From the NCBI GenBank assembly GCA_035084275.1, contig CM068749.1, positions 14,818,001-14,882,000 on the forward strand: a DNA stretch of 64,000 nt. Reading direction: 5' to 3'. Positions 1 through 38,700 of the stretch are shown in pieces. Position numbers and translations under genes: made by a program. Within the stretch, counting starts at the first letter, position 1. Each line of letters opens with the position of its first letter. Origin of the DNA: Hydrolagus colliei. Lineage: Eukaryota. The notes under the pieces were generated by a model, which searched no databases, was not told the origin of the DNA, and worked only from the letters and a program-made list of their open reading frames with translations.

Positions 1-293
1 CACAGAATATTTCCTTTTTGTTTTTTGCTGCACATTATTTATTTCTAAACTATGCATCTTTGTGAATCTACAATGGAAGATGGGAATAGTATGGCCCCTT
101 ATGTTCTTTTTATGGAGTTCACAATAAGATTTTTTTTAAAACTGCTTCATAAATATATGTCGATGTTATGGGAATCTGTACTTCATTTGTTTGTGTGAAA
201 AGCAACCTTATCTTCTGAATTGCACTGTGAGTGCAATTCAGCATCAACACCTCTGTTTTCTATTCAATGCTACATTTCTGTTACTTCCCACAG

Positions 294-26117
<25,824 letters not shown>

Positions 26118-26766
26118 AAGCTTTGAGTCAACACTTTTTGCTGATAAACATCAGCAGAATGACACTGGTTACAACCATCAAAGAAGACCAGCTTTACAAC
26201 AACAAAATTACATTTATGGAGCACCTTTCATATCGGGAGAACGTCCCAATGTCCCAGCTTTAACAAGCGAGTAACAGCATAAACCTACCAATTAGCCAAA
26301 CTGATTACACGCATTACATAGTGTTTTGCTCCCAGCTTCCCACAGCTCATTTCCACCAATATTCTGCAGAAATCAGCAGTGTTTCCCAAAGGAAGTGAAA
26401 CGTATTCTAAATCCAGTTAATGTTTGAATTTTTTTTAATGGAAATTAAATTGATCCCATTTTGTTTTCATTCTGTTGTCTGCAGCATCATTGCAGTACAC
26501 AGGGAATTAAAACACACCACACTATGTCGAACTTGAATACAGCTGTGTTTCTTCTATTTTAGTTAAAAGTCCCCAGATGCATTGGTCACTCACTTCAAGG
26601 TTTGTAAGATCTTGCTGCATATAAATTGGCTGCTGTGTTTGACACAATCAATACTCTTTACAGCAATTACCTGGAAAACACTTGAAGACATTTTGGCATC
26701 ATCGGTGTTTTATCAAATGCAGGATTATTATCAGGTGGCTCTGATGCAAACATCAGTTTATTTGAA

Positions 26767-26772
26767 AATAAA
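26767..26772 (+). terminator. Candidate TNNI3K polyadenylation signal
   Basis: AATAAA about 650 nt after the stop, followed by a T-rich stretch. Confidence 0.4.
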
Positions 26773-27510
26773 GTATTCTGTGACCAGTCCTTCATCTTTT
26801 TTCACAGAGCATTTAAGCATATATTGAAGCTAAAATATGTTTGGTTAAATGCTCAATAATGATTTTAGCAACTGAATGCAAGGAAAACATAGTAGTTCAG
26901 AACATATCTACAACATAATATTTTACCTGTATTTAAAATATCCTTTTAATAGTTGAGGACTTTTTAACAACACATCTTGTGAATATTGAAATATTGAATG
27001 AAATTAAAAAAAATACTGTTATGTTCCAAGAAAAAAATTAGAATTGAGACCAATTACATTGTATTTTAGTAATGGCTCATTTCATTTAAATAATGCATTA
27101 ACTCTTCAGTTTTCCCATTGATAAGTGATTATGTTCAGAATCAGAATGTTTTATGCATGTAAGCTTTTGTAATGTATGCCATTGCCTATAGTATTGAATT
27201 TATTTATTTCAACTAGCAATTCTCTAGTCCTGTGTGGTAAAACAAGACCTCATAATTTTGGCAGCATTCAAGCACCCAAAATACTGCTATCTAGTGTCTA
27301 GTTTGTTTATTACATGCAACTCACTGTGAGGTGCAAAGGAAGTTGAGTGTGTATCACAGGCTATCAGTGTTTTATTAAACTTGACTTTGTTGAACTTAAA
27401 TACATATATTCTGGGTGGACTTTGTTTTCATGCTGATGTTTTGTGTCCGTGTAAATGAGTCCGTATAAATATATAATTTGAATATCTTAACCTTCAGATA
27501 AATGCTCATA

Positions 27511-27881
27511 ATTTGAGCTCATAGTCTAAGCTGACAATCCACTAACAATGTTGGCAGAATGCTGCAGTGTCAGATATCCACCCCTTTGATGTGATATTAA
27601 ACTCTGAGGCACTACCCCCATGAAGGAGACTATATAATTTTGTGGTGTTATTGATTGTATGCTCAGACGGACGGAAAGATCTCATGGCACCATTCAAGAA
27701 GAAAATGTGTGTTTTTCCTGGCAACCTAGCCAGCAATCTCCCAAATAAAATTGGTCATTCACTTCATGTCTGTTTGTGGGACATTGCTGTGTGCAGATTG
27801 GCAATAAATCCAGTGAAGCACTTTGAGAAGCATCCAAAATGTATTAAGATGATAGATCAACTGTAAAGATTATTGTTATTA
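27511..27881 (+). mobile_element. Old Deu-domain SINE (AmnSINE1/SacSINE1-like)
   Basis: Degenerate match to the Deu core as I recall it (CATAGTCTAAGCTGACA...TGCTGCAGTGTCAGA...AAAGATCTCATGGCACCATTCAAGAAGA), followed by a family-A-like 3' part. Confidence 0.65.
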
Positions 27882-28653
27882 AATGCATTAGGCAGTTAAA
27901 CAATGGAGCATATTTCATCTAAGGCTAAAAACAATTGTGAAAAAGATATCAGTGATATACAGTATAAACATTTTCTGACAGTGGAATAATAGACTTTCCA
28001 AATAATTGATTTTACGATTAAGAATATTCTCTGAGACAGAATTTGCATCCATTTAGAGCTCTACATCAAGCTGAAGCGATTGTTTCTTTGAAAAGTATTT
28101 AATGTACTTGATCCAACTTCTCTAATGGACTTCTAAATAATAATACAGCCTATCTTCTCACACCCCAATTAAGCTCATTGGAAGTACCCATAGGAGTTTG
28201 AGACTCTTAGCTGAAGGCATATCCAATAAAAAGTAATAACGTGTTAATTTGCTGTGTCTGCAAGACAGACAATCCACTGGGAAGGGCTGTCGGATTCTGG
28301 AGCTGTTTGTTCTGATTGATGAAAACTACTTTAGAAATACAAACTGATTCAGCATAAAAATGCAGAGAATGCTGTCCATCATGTGCTGAATAGAATAAAA
28401 TTTGAAGCCAAACTTTTTGAATGCATTAATACAGTTAATGGTCTAACCAAGTAAACCTTTCACATGGCATGTAATACTTGGAAACAGAAGAAACAAACAT
28501 TTATCTGGCAGCAATTTTGTATTTCATATTAATTATTCCAAAGACCCAATGAATGGTATGTATATTATAGTGGGAAGTCAGTATTCTAAACTCAGCATTC
28601 AGTTAGCATTATCGGAACTCCAAACATAAATTATGTCCTGTTTTACTTAAATA

Positions 28654-29003
28654 AGTAATCCTTGCCTCTGATACAGCATCTCATCAAGTCATCTCAAAAT
28701 GCTTCGCAAGATATACTTAAGAATTGATTACCGGTAACTGTGTATTTCGTACACCAGCTATTGAATAATAATGTGCACAGAAACAGCAGGCATGCAATCA
28801 ATTTTATCAGGGGAATTGTTGACGAGGACAGTGGGAGAAACTCCCCTTTCTTCATGAATAGAACCTGGGATCTTTAACGGCCACTTGAACAGCATCTCGG
28901 CTTAACATCTCATCTGAAGGGGGCACATCCGACAATGCCCCCCACCCCCACCCCTCCAAAACATTACATTGGGGTGTCAGCGTAGGCTATGTGATTCCAA
29001 GTG
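28654..29003 (-). mobile_element. Old Deu-domain SINE, reverse copy
   Basis: TGGGATCTTTAACGGCCACTTGA...CTCGGCTTAACATCTCATCTGAAGGGGGCACATCCGACAATGC...GGGGTGTCAGCGTAGGCTATGTG is the reverse complement of the Deu core. Confidence 0.7.
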
Positions 29004-30564
29004 CTAATTCTGATTGATTTGTATAATATGCACCAGGTACAATTGTTATTTGTTAGTCTTGTTGTTTTGGTTCACGTGCTTTGTCTTAGTGAAGACACTG
29101 AGCACATGTACCTAGTCAACAACCTGCAACTCATTATATATCACTGGGTTCCAGTTTTCACATTGGATTTAAAAAAAGCTCTAATCATTGATAGGAATAA
29201 TGAACTAGTGTTGGCAGATTCTGCCTTCATAAACTGTATATTTTCACGGCCTTTCTAATACTATATTTCTACTGTTGGAAGCTTTCACATCAAAACTCTA
29301 ACAGTCATGAAGAACACAAACTGGCAGATTATTGTCTGTAAACAGATTCTTTAATTCAATATTTGTTGTAATAGCAATTGAGATCAACACAATTTCATAA
29401 CAATAAAACAAAGTGATTTAATTACCACATAACAAATCGAAGACTTCAGAAAAAATACATTAAATACTATTTAATAAATAGACAAACGCCCAAATCACCA
29501 TTTCACATCCACAGTACTGCTATTAAATCCTTTTAATTAACTTCTCCAGATAGAAAACATCCACAAGCAAATAGTTTATGATTTTTCCTTGTAAGCGTAT
29601 TACTTTCATCACAAGCTATATTATATTTACTTAATGTGCATAATGCATTAAAATGTTATTGCTGGAACAAATGTGTGGCTGGACAGATTTTGTTGTCGAT
29701 TCTGATACTATACACAAATGATGCTGTCACATTTAAAGAGCTTCATGATTTATATTTGTTTGTATATTTAGCTAATGCTAAATTGAATACTGGAATGATG
29801 GATGCATTTTATAAATATTAAAAATCTTTTTTGTAGCACAAGTACAGAATGAAACACCAAAGTTGTAATCCCTGGGGTCAACCTGAAGGACTGTAATGTT
29901 TTTTTTCTGGTTACATATACAGTACACATTTTTATCTCCTTGTCAGTGATTTAGCATAATCCTAACACTGTACTGAGGTGTTCCATTTTACAGCCGGTTC
30001 ATTTAAAGATAAAATTGGAATGATCAAGCAAAACTCAAGTGTGCCCCCCAGTGTGTTGAAAGGAAAATTTCAATCAGCCAGTACAATGCATAACAAAGCA
30101 AGAGTAGCAATACAGATATTTGAGCTCTGGTCAAGGTATCCAGGAGAATTGAAACATTATAGCTAACTACAGTATTCAACTTGTACAATTTATATTTCAT
30201 AGACATAGATAGCACTAAATGATGACTCGAAGTAGAATTACTGATATACTAAAAAACAGTTTAGTGCAAAAAGCTTAGTACCTTATAATTAAAACCACAT
30301 CTGACTAATGATTCAGTAGAGCAATTATGCAGACCAATTAGCTATTTCGGCGCATTTCCAATCTGACTGATCCCTTATCTTAAAATGGAGGAATAAAATA
30401 TAGCTTTGTCATTTTTCTTTCAAGAACATATAGTAAAGCTACAACTGTTATATCAAGGCCATAGGAATTGTTCTCTTCCAACAGTTCATTATGGACAAAG
30501 TGCCAAGCAGTGCAAATATTTCAGTGATTCGAAGCAACAATCTTCCTGGTTACAGGACAGAAAA

Positions 30565-30915
30565 CAATAACTACAACAACTAATATTTATATAGTGCCCT
30601 TCGTGTTTAATAATCTCAGAGCACTTCACAATGACAGGGTCAGACCATGACCAAGGAAGAATAGAAAGGATATGACCATGGGTGCAGTTGAAGAGATAGG
30701 TATGTAGAGCACATGAGATGAAGAGATAGGAAAGTGGGAGTTGGAGAGGGTAAGGCCTAAAGGTTTGGACACTGAGAGAGAGAGTTGCAGAGGTAATGAA
30801 GGAGGTGGATCAGTGGGGTAAGCAGAGAAGTGGAGATGGAGAAAATCATAGAGATGGAAAGGTGCAAGGACATGAAAGAATTAATAGGTGAGGGTGAGCA
30901 GTTTGAATTTGGTCC
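30565..30915 (-). mobile_element. Degenerate L2-like LINE 3' fragment
   Basis: (CAA)n tail, ATTTATATAGTGCCCTT...CTCAGAGCACTTCACAA, then purine-rich GAGAGAGTTGCAGAG...AGTTTGAATTT typical of reverse L2. Confidence 0.55.
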
Positions 30916-31433
30916 AGCGGAAGCTATCCAAAACAAATCTGTTCAACTTATAGGAGCTTTGACTGAAATGGGTCAATCTTACATCATAACTTCATGAAGT
31001 AATAGCGGAAACGTTTACTTTAATCCACAAGTAGCATTCAGTACAAACAAATCAACAATCAATTACCATCTTCTTGTAATTGTTATCACATAATTGCAAA
31101 AATATCACCAAGTTAAAGATTCAATGAGATCTAACAAGCTTGGATTTCTCATAGGATTTGTTGATAGGAAACACATAATGCTGGCCAGCTGGCCCTCCTC
31201 TCTGACATTAAATACACCTGGAATGGCATTCTTGCAGGTCAGTGTGCTATACTTTCAGATACAAGAATGAATCTGTACTCAGATTTATAATTAAGGAGTC
31301 ACATTAGAAACTGTTGCATATTGGACTCAGTGGAATTTTAAGAGCTTGAAATATCACAGTTAAGGCTAAGAGTAGGAAAAAATTGGAATTAAAATTGTTT
31401 TATAATTTACCTTCCAAGTCATTTATATAGGTA

Positions 31434-31646
31434 TAGTAAAAGCCTGTTTATCCGGCACCCGATCGACCGTAACTTCCGTATATCCGGCATCGCAAAAAGA
31501 AAGTCCGCATTTGATTATCCGGAATTTATCCGGAAAAATGCATTGAAATTTTTTAAATGTTTTTGTGTTTTCGGCTGAATACCCGGCACGCGCTTTAACT
31601 GGCATTGGTCAGGTCTCGAGGGTGCCGGATAAACGGGCTTTTACTG
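31434..31646. mobile_element. Tc1/mariner (pogo/Tigger-like) MITE, 213 bp
   Basis: 27-bp TIRs TAGTAAAAGCCTGTTTATCCGGCACCC / GGGTGCCGGATAAACGGGCTTTTACTG (2 mismatches), TA on both flanks, no coding capacity. Confidence 0.88.
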
Positions 31647-32708
31647 TATATATATTCAGATAAAATAATCGTAAATCTATGTTTTGTTCATTGGTTGTAG
31701 AACATAACAGAATACAAGATTATATTCCCAAACAATTCAAAAACAAAAGCTTTCTGAAGTGGATTTATTCAACCGCAGCTGGTATAAAGACTAAAACCAA
31801 CACATGTTTGTTCCATTGCAGCAAGATTAACTATTATGCACAGGTATACTCAACAAAAAGCACAATAAACTGCAGTTCAAACAGAATGTCATGCCGGGAG
31901 ATGATTGTCTACAATTATTTCTTTGTTTTTGATACCTCTTTCAGATAGATGCTTTGTATCCTGTTGTGTAGGCGTGTCCAAGCATCCTATAATAGAAAAA
32001 AGAATTCTAAAAGATAACACTCACACTACCACAAACAAAACAGTTGCTACACTGAGTGCATATTCCTGATGATAAACATTATCAATTTTGGATGAGAAGA
32101 TAATCCATAGTGACTCTTTATGGCACTATTGTTATCAACCCACTGCTCTCTGTTTGAAAGAGAAATTACATAAAAATATCCTCAACATAATATAACATTC
32201 TGCATGATTGACAAAGACAACCTTAGAGTGGATATCTATCACATTATTCTGAATCAAAGGTTAATAATGTGGGAATTAAAATCGGATATGAACTCATGAT
32301 AAATATTTAATCTGTGGAGTGGTGTAGCCAAATAAGTCATTCAGCAACTGACAGGTTGAAATAATAATTGATGATAACGTTACATAGTTGATGAGAAAGA
32401 TGCAGCAATTCACCTAAAGATAATTTAAATTGAATAAGGTGTAATAGCTTCAAATTAAGTTGTGTTTAAAGCTATTATACAGTGAAGTTGAAAAAAGGGG
32501 AAATCAACATTTTCCTAGAGTTTGAATTCTGGAGGCTGAGATTCTATGGTTCAGATTTGTCAGGGTTCTCATTACTAGAGTAAACATAATTGTCCCATGG
32601 TAAGAAATGTGGCAGAAATATATATACAATATACTGTATATCAAAAACAAAATAATATGCAATGCCAAACAATAATTATCAATAAATACCTTTAAAGTCA
32701 CTGGAGGC

Positions 32709-35700
32709 TCATATTGGGTTGTTCAGTTCCTCTTGAGAGTTTCTTTCCACGAGTGTAGAAGGATGTTCTGTATTGACTGTTGGATGAACTACTAGACTAG
32801 AAGAATACGCATCCTCCCCAATTTCAAGTGGTATTAATTTTACCAACTCAGCAATCACCTCAGATTTAGGATACATTGGACTCTGTTCAGTTAGTTCTTT
32901 GATAACCAATGGGCTGATGAATTTTACCATGGTTTGACCCTCTGTACTGTCAGCACAATTTATTTCTGACTCAACAGTTTTTGTTGTTACAGTTTCCAGA
33001 GGGGCTTCTTCTAATGAAACTCCTACGTTTGCATCTTTGATTCTTGTTTCGCCTTGTGGGATTGAAACAGGAATAAATAGCTCATCATTTTCACCAGTCA
33101 AGCTTGCCTTTTCATGGAGTGTGGGGAAATGTGAACTTGAATCACTCTTAGCATAGTCACCTTGGACAACCTCTAACATTGTTTCCAATTGTAGCTCTTC
33201 CATGGTCTTCCCATCCTGGGGTTCTGCAGCTGATTTACTTTTTTGTGCCTCTGGATCTTTCTCCATTTTTTCAATGTTATACTCCGAAACTATCTCAAGT
33301 TCAGCTGTTGAAGGTGTGGCCTTTGCATCAATGTCTGTTTGTTGTGTTTCTAGTGTTTGTGACGTTTGAATTTCTGGATCACTGTTACTTTTCTCTGTTT
33401 GGGATCTAGGAATTTCCAGTATCTCTACAGTAGAAAGTTTAATTTCTGGACGAATATCTTGATCTGCCTGAACCACAAGAGCTTCAGATAGCATCACTTC
33501 TTGAGCCTGCATTTCTATTCCAACCTCCAATTCTACTACTTCAGCTTCTAGCTGTGGCTTATTCCCTTGTGCCTGTAGCTCTAAGCTTGGCTGTATTTTT
33601 TCTTCTTGAGTTCCCCTAACCTCAACATAAATTTCTGTTTCTGCCTCAGCTCTTCCTTCATCTTGCTCTTCTGATCTTCTTCCAGTATTCTGAACTTCAT
33701 TCAATTGCTGTAAGTCAATCTCGGTGACAAACAATTCTGCATTCGTCTCAATCTTATATTCTTGTACTTCCATGTCTACTTCAGCAATTGCTTCATCTTG
33801 CTTCTTTAACATTATTTCAGGGTTATCAGTATCATATAATGTACTGACTTCAATCTCAGCTTCAAAAAACTCTATGTCTGCCTCCACCTTATGTTGGTGT
33901 AGTTCACTATCTACCTCGGCTGTTGCTACATCTTGTTGCTCTGATCTTAATTTTGTACTCTCAGTGTTAACCAATGAAATAACCTTAATCTCAGGTATAT
34001 CTTCAACATCAGCTGGATCTGCCTCCCCCTCAGGTGCTTGTTTGTTTGTGCCTAACTCAATGCGTTCTTCAATTTGATTCTCTGATCTTGCTTCAGTGTT
34101 CTCAATTTGATTTAATGTGTGAGCTTTTTGCCTCTCTAATTTTACTTCAGCTTCATGTGCTGATGGGTAAGATTCAGTATCAAATGCAAAATCTTGTGTA
34201 TCTGTGTCAATCTCATGTTCTTGTACTATTCTCGCATCATGTTCCAGTACATGGTCCTCAGAACATGTCTCAATTTTGTCTGTGTTAATTAATACATCGG
34301 CATGTATATCCGCTGAGAAAGCTTCTAAACCTATCCCAGTCTTCACCATTTGTACTTTTGAATCTCCTTCAGTTTTGCCTTCATGACTTAAATCTGCCTC
34401 AATTTGCTCTGCTATTCCGTATGAACGTACTTCAATTTTCTTTACTTTAGAATGATATTCATCCTTGATTTCACCCTCAGGAACTTTATTCAGCTCTTTC
34501 ATGACTTCTACTTTAATGTCTCCATCAGTTTCTGTTATTTGAGTTTCCAGATCTGACTCAAGCTTCACACTGGAATCTCTGCTTATCATGGTAATTCCCA
34601 TTTGATCTGTTGACATTACATTGAATACTGGAGCTTCTGTCACTGAAATAAATTCTATAACCTGAAGTTCTGAATCTATTTTTTCCTGAAGTTCTCCACT
34701 GTTCTCCATCTCTCTGGTTTGACATTTTGAATTTTCCTCAGCAACCTCCTCATCTTGAACTCCAAATGCCAATTCAGTTTCTTCGATTCCAGATAGTTCT
34801 TCTAAGGGGGTTCCTGCCCTTGTTTCACTTTGAATTTCATCTCTGATTTGTCCCAAATCATCGGCAGTTATTCTATGATCATCTCTGTTCATTTCTTCAT
34901 GACCAATTTGCAAACAAGCCATTTGTTGCTCTTCCTGAGAAACCTCCTCTGGTATGAGTTCTTTTTCCAGTGTGGAATGATCTTCTTCAGACCCACTGCA
35001 ATCCGTTGCCAACAACTGCAATGGTGGATCAGCCTCTGAAAGTTTCTCAGTTGATTCATTCACTTGCAATTCCTCGGCATTGCTCTCATTTATAGCTTTA
35101 AAATAAAATAGATTATCAACATTTGTCTCACTCTTCAGCTCTATTGATGCTGCCACATTAGATGCTTTATTTTCCACAATTGGAAATTCTACTGGACTGA
35201 CGGAGTTTGATTGATTTATTGGTGGCTGTAGAGTGATGTTAGTTTCTGTTATGCCTGTATCCCTTTCTCCAGTTTCTGGCTCTGAAATAAGAGCATCGCT
35301 CATTATTTCTTCATAATTTTCACATTTCACAGCTGATAGCAAAGCGAGTGCCACATGTTGATTTTCACTAGCGACATCCTGACTGGAAGATGGCACCAGT
35401 TGGTCTGTGTTTTCCATAAATTCATTCTTTATCATTAGTGCCTCGGGTTCTGAAATAGGTTCTTCTTCAGTTGGCGTGCTGACATTGGGTATAGAATATG
35501 TAACTGCAGGTTTAATTAATGTTATCATCAAATCTTCATTACATTTTGTATCCCTAACCTCACCTGCATCGGGATCTGATGCTAAGATTTCCATATTCGT
35601 TGCCACCACCTCAGAGGGTGTCATGGTTATTTCTGAGGCAAGTAATACTTCATTCTCAGGTGTACATCGAACATTAACAACTGTTTCTGCTTCCACTTCT

Positions 35701-38700
35701 TTCCCTTCCTCAGTTTGTTGCTCTATGTGAGCTGGTTCAGACAGCGTGTTTGCATTCTCAGGTTCAATTTCTGCGGTGCTGGCTTCTGTAACAGTTTGAG
35801 ACAGTAAGACATTTGTAAATTTAACAAGATTTTCATCTTCTAGTCTTGAAACTTCGGTCTTCAAAGATTCTGTATCTATATCTGCACTGGACACATTTTG
35901 ATTTTGATCTTGTTGATCTGGAGTGTTCACACTTTCTACCCTGGTATCGTTTCCATTATTGCATTGCCGTATATCTTGTTCTACTTCGACTTCTTTCTCT
36001 CGGTCAGTTTGTTGCTCTATTTGAGCTGGTTCGTCAGGCAGCGTTTCTTCATTCTCAGGTTCCAGCTCTTTCAAACAAATGTTCTCAGATATAGATATAA
36101 ACTCTATATTAGCAGATATAAACTCTTCAGGATTCTTTGCTATTTCTTCAGTAGCTGCAATCATATTTGCATCCTCTTGTTCTTTTACAAAGGTCTCTTC
36201 AACCCCTGGAGCAGTGGCCTTTGTTAAGATTGCTTCAGTTTGACTGTCTTCGACCTCTTGTCCAGAGATTCGATTATGATCTGTTAAGCTTTCATCTTCC
36301 AGTGTTGCTATGGTTTCCAGTGAGTATATATGTTCATTTGACAATGGTACTGCGGACACAACTGTGATTTCTTCTAACAGATTTAATTCTCTTGCTACCT
36401 CTCCTTGTTCTTGTACAACTGTAATTGCTTCTTCCCTCTGACCTGAAAAAATCATAGCGATTATGAGCAGCAAATAAGCAATAGCAACAAAAGCACATTT
36501 CGAATTTCTACAGCTTACCAACTCATGATGCAGCCTCTGGGAATTAATCATCTCAAATATTACTTATGTTATTAACATAACATGTGATTATTGTCTATAA
36601 ATCTTAGTAGTTGACATATGTCTGTATAGTTTATCTCAAAGATGTAGAGCCATCCATACTCTGAAAAAAATCAAAATATTTCCAGTAAACATAGCGCCTT
36701 TACTGGATTTATGAATCACATCAACTGAAATTAAACAGCAAAATAGAATGGGCGTCACAGTAAATTAGGTTAATGGACTTTCATTGAGTTCGAATTTGAT
36801 TACAGGTTCCACTGAGCAGATGTAAGCCTTCATAACAGCTCTAAGTCAAATGTATTCAAGCAGTCTCTACAGCATGAACAATGCCCCAAAATGCATACAA
36901 AATAGGTAAGTTTGGTTGAGTCAAGCGTTTTTTTAAAACAAACAAGTGATATCTAGAATACACCATATGGAACTGTTGCTTACTGTCATTTCTTTGTTCA
37001 GGTAGTTTTTCAGGATCTGCATTAAGTAGATCATCTTCTTCTTCTGTGCTCGAATCACTAGGCTCTGGTTCAGAGTTGCAGCGTTCATCTTTCTTGATGG
37101 CATCTGCAATTTTCTCTTGCACCGACTTGCATTCCTCTGTAACACCATAGGGGAAGACAACCACCAATAGGAAAATCATTGGTATTATATGTATTGTTCA
37201 GAATTAAATAAGGGGATTCGAAAATAAAAACTGCAACGAGACAAAAATGAAGATTTGAAGCTGCAGCATTTATTTTATTGGCGGCTGCTAAATTTGAATG
37301 AAAAAGCATACCTTTATGGCACTTAATTCGAAACATCACATGCCTTATGGGAAAAGCACACTGAAGAAACTAATTTACATCAACAATTCAAGGAAATCAA
37401 AAAATACAGAGCATGCAGACATGCAATGAAACTCACATGCATCAATAACAAAATCATCAGCAACTTAAATGCCCATTTATATGCCTCTAGAAAACAACAC
37501 AAATTCTGAGGCTGAAGAGTCAGCTAATATATCATTTTATACATTGATAAGAAAATCTACAAGAACAACTAAATTGAAGGAGAAGGTATGGTGAGAGGAA
37601 CTACATTTAATGCAACCTCATTAGTTAGCTTGCTTTCAAATTGTTTACCTAGTAGGAAAAAATTGATACTTTAAAGTATTCTCATAGACCATATAATAAT
37701 AACAATCCTTGAATTTTATACAGCGTTTTAACATCTTCTAGACATCTCAAAGCGCTTCATAGAATATACTGTAAAGTGAATTGACTGTATATTTGTGGGT
37801 GAAACATGGCAGCCAATTGCACACAGCAGTGTCCCACAAACAGTTGTGGATTGAGATGACTGATTTATTATAACTTTTTTTGAGCGATTATTATTGCGCA
37901 TGTGGAGTAAGGAAACTTGCCAAAGGTTTCGCCCTGACCTGGCTGGATTTGAACACAGGTCTCACGCTTGTAAGGCAAGTGCTCTAGCCACTGAGGTACA
38001 GGACTCAATTCTTGCATTGGAATGTGCTCAGTTGCTATTGAAGTTTCATGGTTCAAAGTCTCCCATGGTGACTTAAGAGTGTGGAAAAGAATGTAAATTC
38101 ACCATGGGATTCCACAAAGCAGTTTCCTACAACTGGCAACAACAGAGCAGCTCTGAGATAAATCTGAAATGCTCATTCTACAGGACACATATTTTCAATC
38201 TAATTTCTGGAACAGCAGGAAACTTTAAAAACATTTATCCAAACTAAATGGAGGAAATACTTTGCACTGAAAATACATCTCCGCATTTGCCTTCTTTAAA
38301 GAGGGTATTTCTATCATTGGCTATAAATGAAGTGGAAATTCGATCCATAATATGCATCATCTAAACTTCAACAGAAGCAGATACAATCACATTTGCCTTT
38401 TTCTCAGTTGTACTGTTCTTGGTACATTAATGATAGCTTTAATTTCATTTCAATGTCTGCAGTTTGCTTCTTATAAAATAGCTTATTAGTATGACAGATA
38501 AAGGCCATAATGCAGTAAAGTGGTCATCAAATATCAAGGTACAGTATAATTAAACTGAATTAGGCAGTAAAAAAAATCACAATTGATCAAAACAGAAGAA
38601 TGAAAATAGTATACAAACATATCAAAATATTCTACAATGTACAATGATTTTTAATTTTTCTTAGAAGGCTTAAAAAATAAGGACAGAAAAAAAATCTTTA

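Larger units (their letters stand above)
29340..31986 (-). other. ERICH3: Probable terminal exon / 3' UTR of ERICH3
   Basis: Donor AAG|GTATTT at 32690/32689, acceptor TTTTTTCTATTATAG|G at 31987/31986, ATTAAA on minus strand at 29355-29350. The 3' end is inferred. Confidence 0.55.

Noticed and set aside
32709-32711. Selenocysteine or programmed readthrough at the ERICH3 TGA
   Set aside because: Context TGA-GCC is not the TGA-CTAG readthrough motif and I see no SECIS; the nearby hairpin is a MITE.
33179-36367. Multiple short ORFs antisense to or overlapping the large ERICH3 and LRRC53 exons
   Set aside because: Expected shadows of long biased-codon exons; no independent gene signals.
36443-36551. 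1280-aa ORF as a standalone secreted or membrane acidic protein (hydrophobic [16 protein letters not shown] leader)
   Set aside because: The leader is translated T-rich intron sequence ahead of a good phase-1 acceptor at 36442 that fits ERICH3; no independent promoter evidence.
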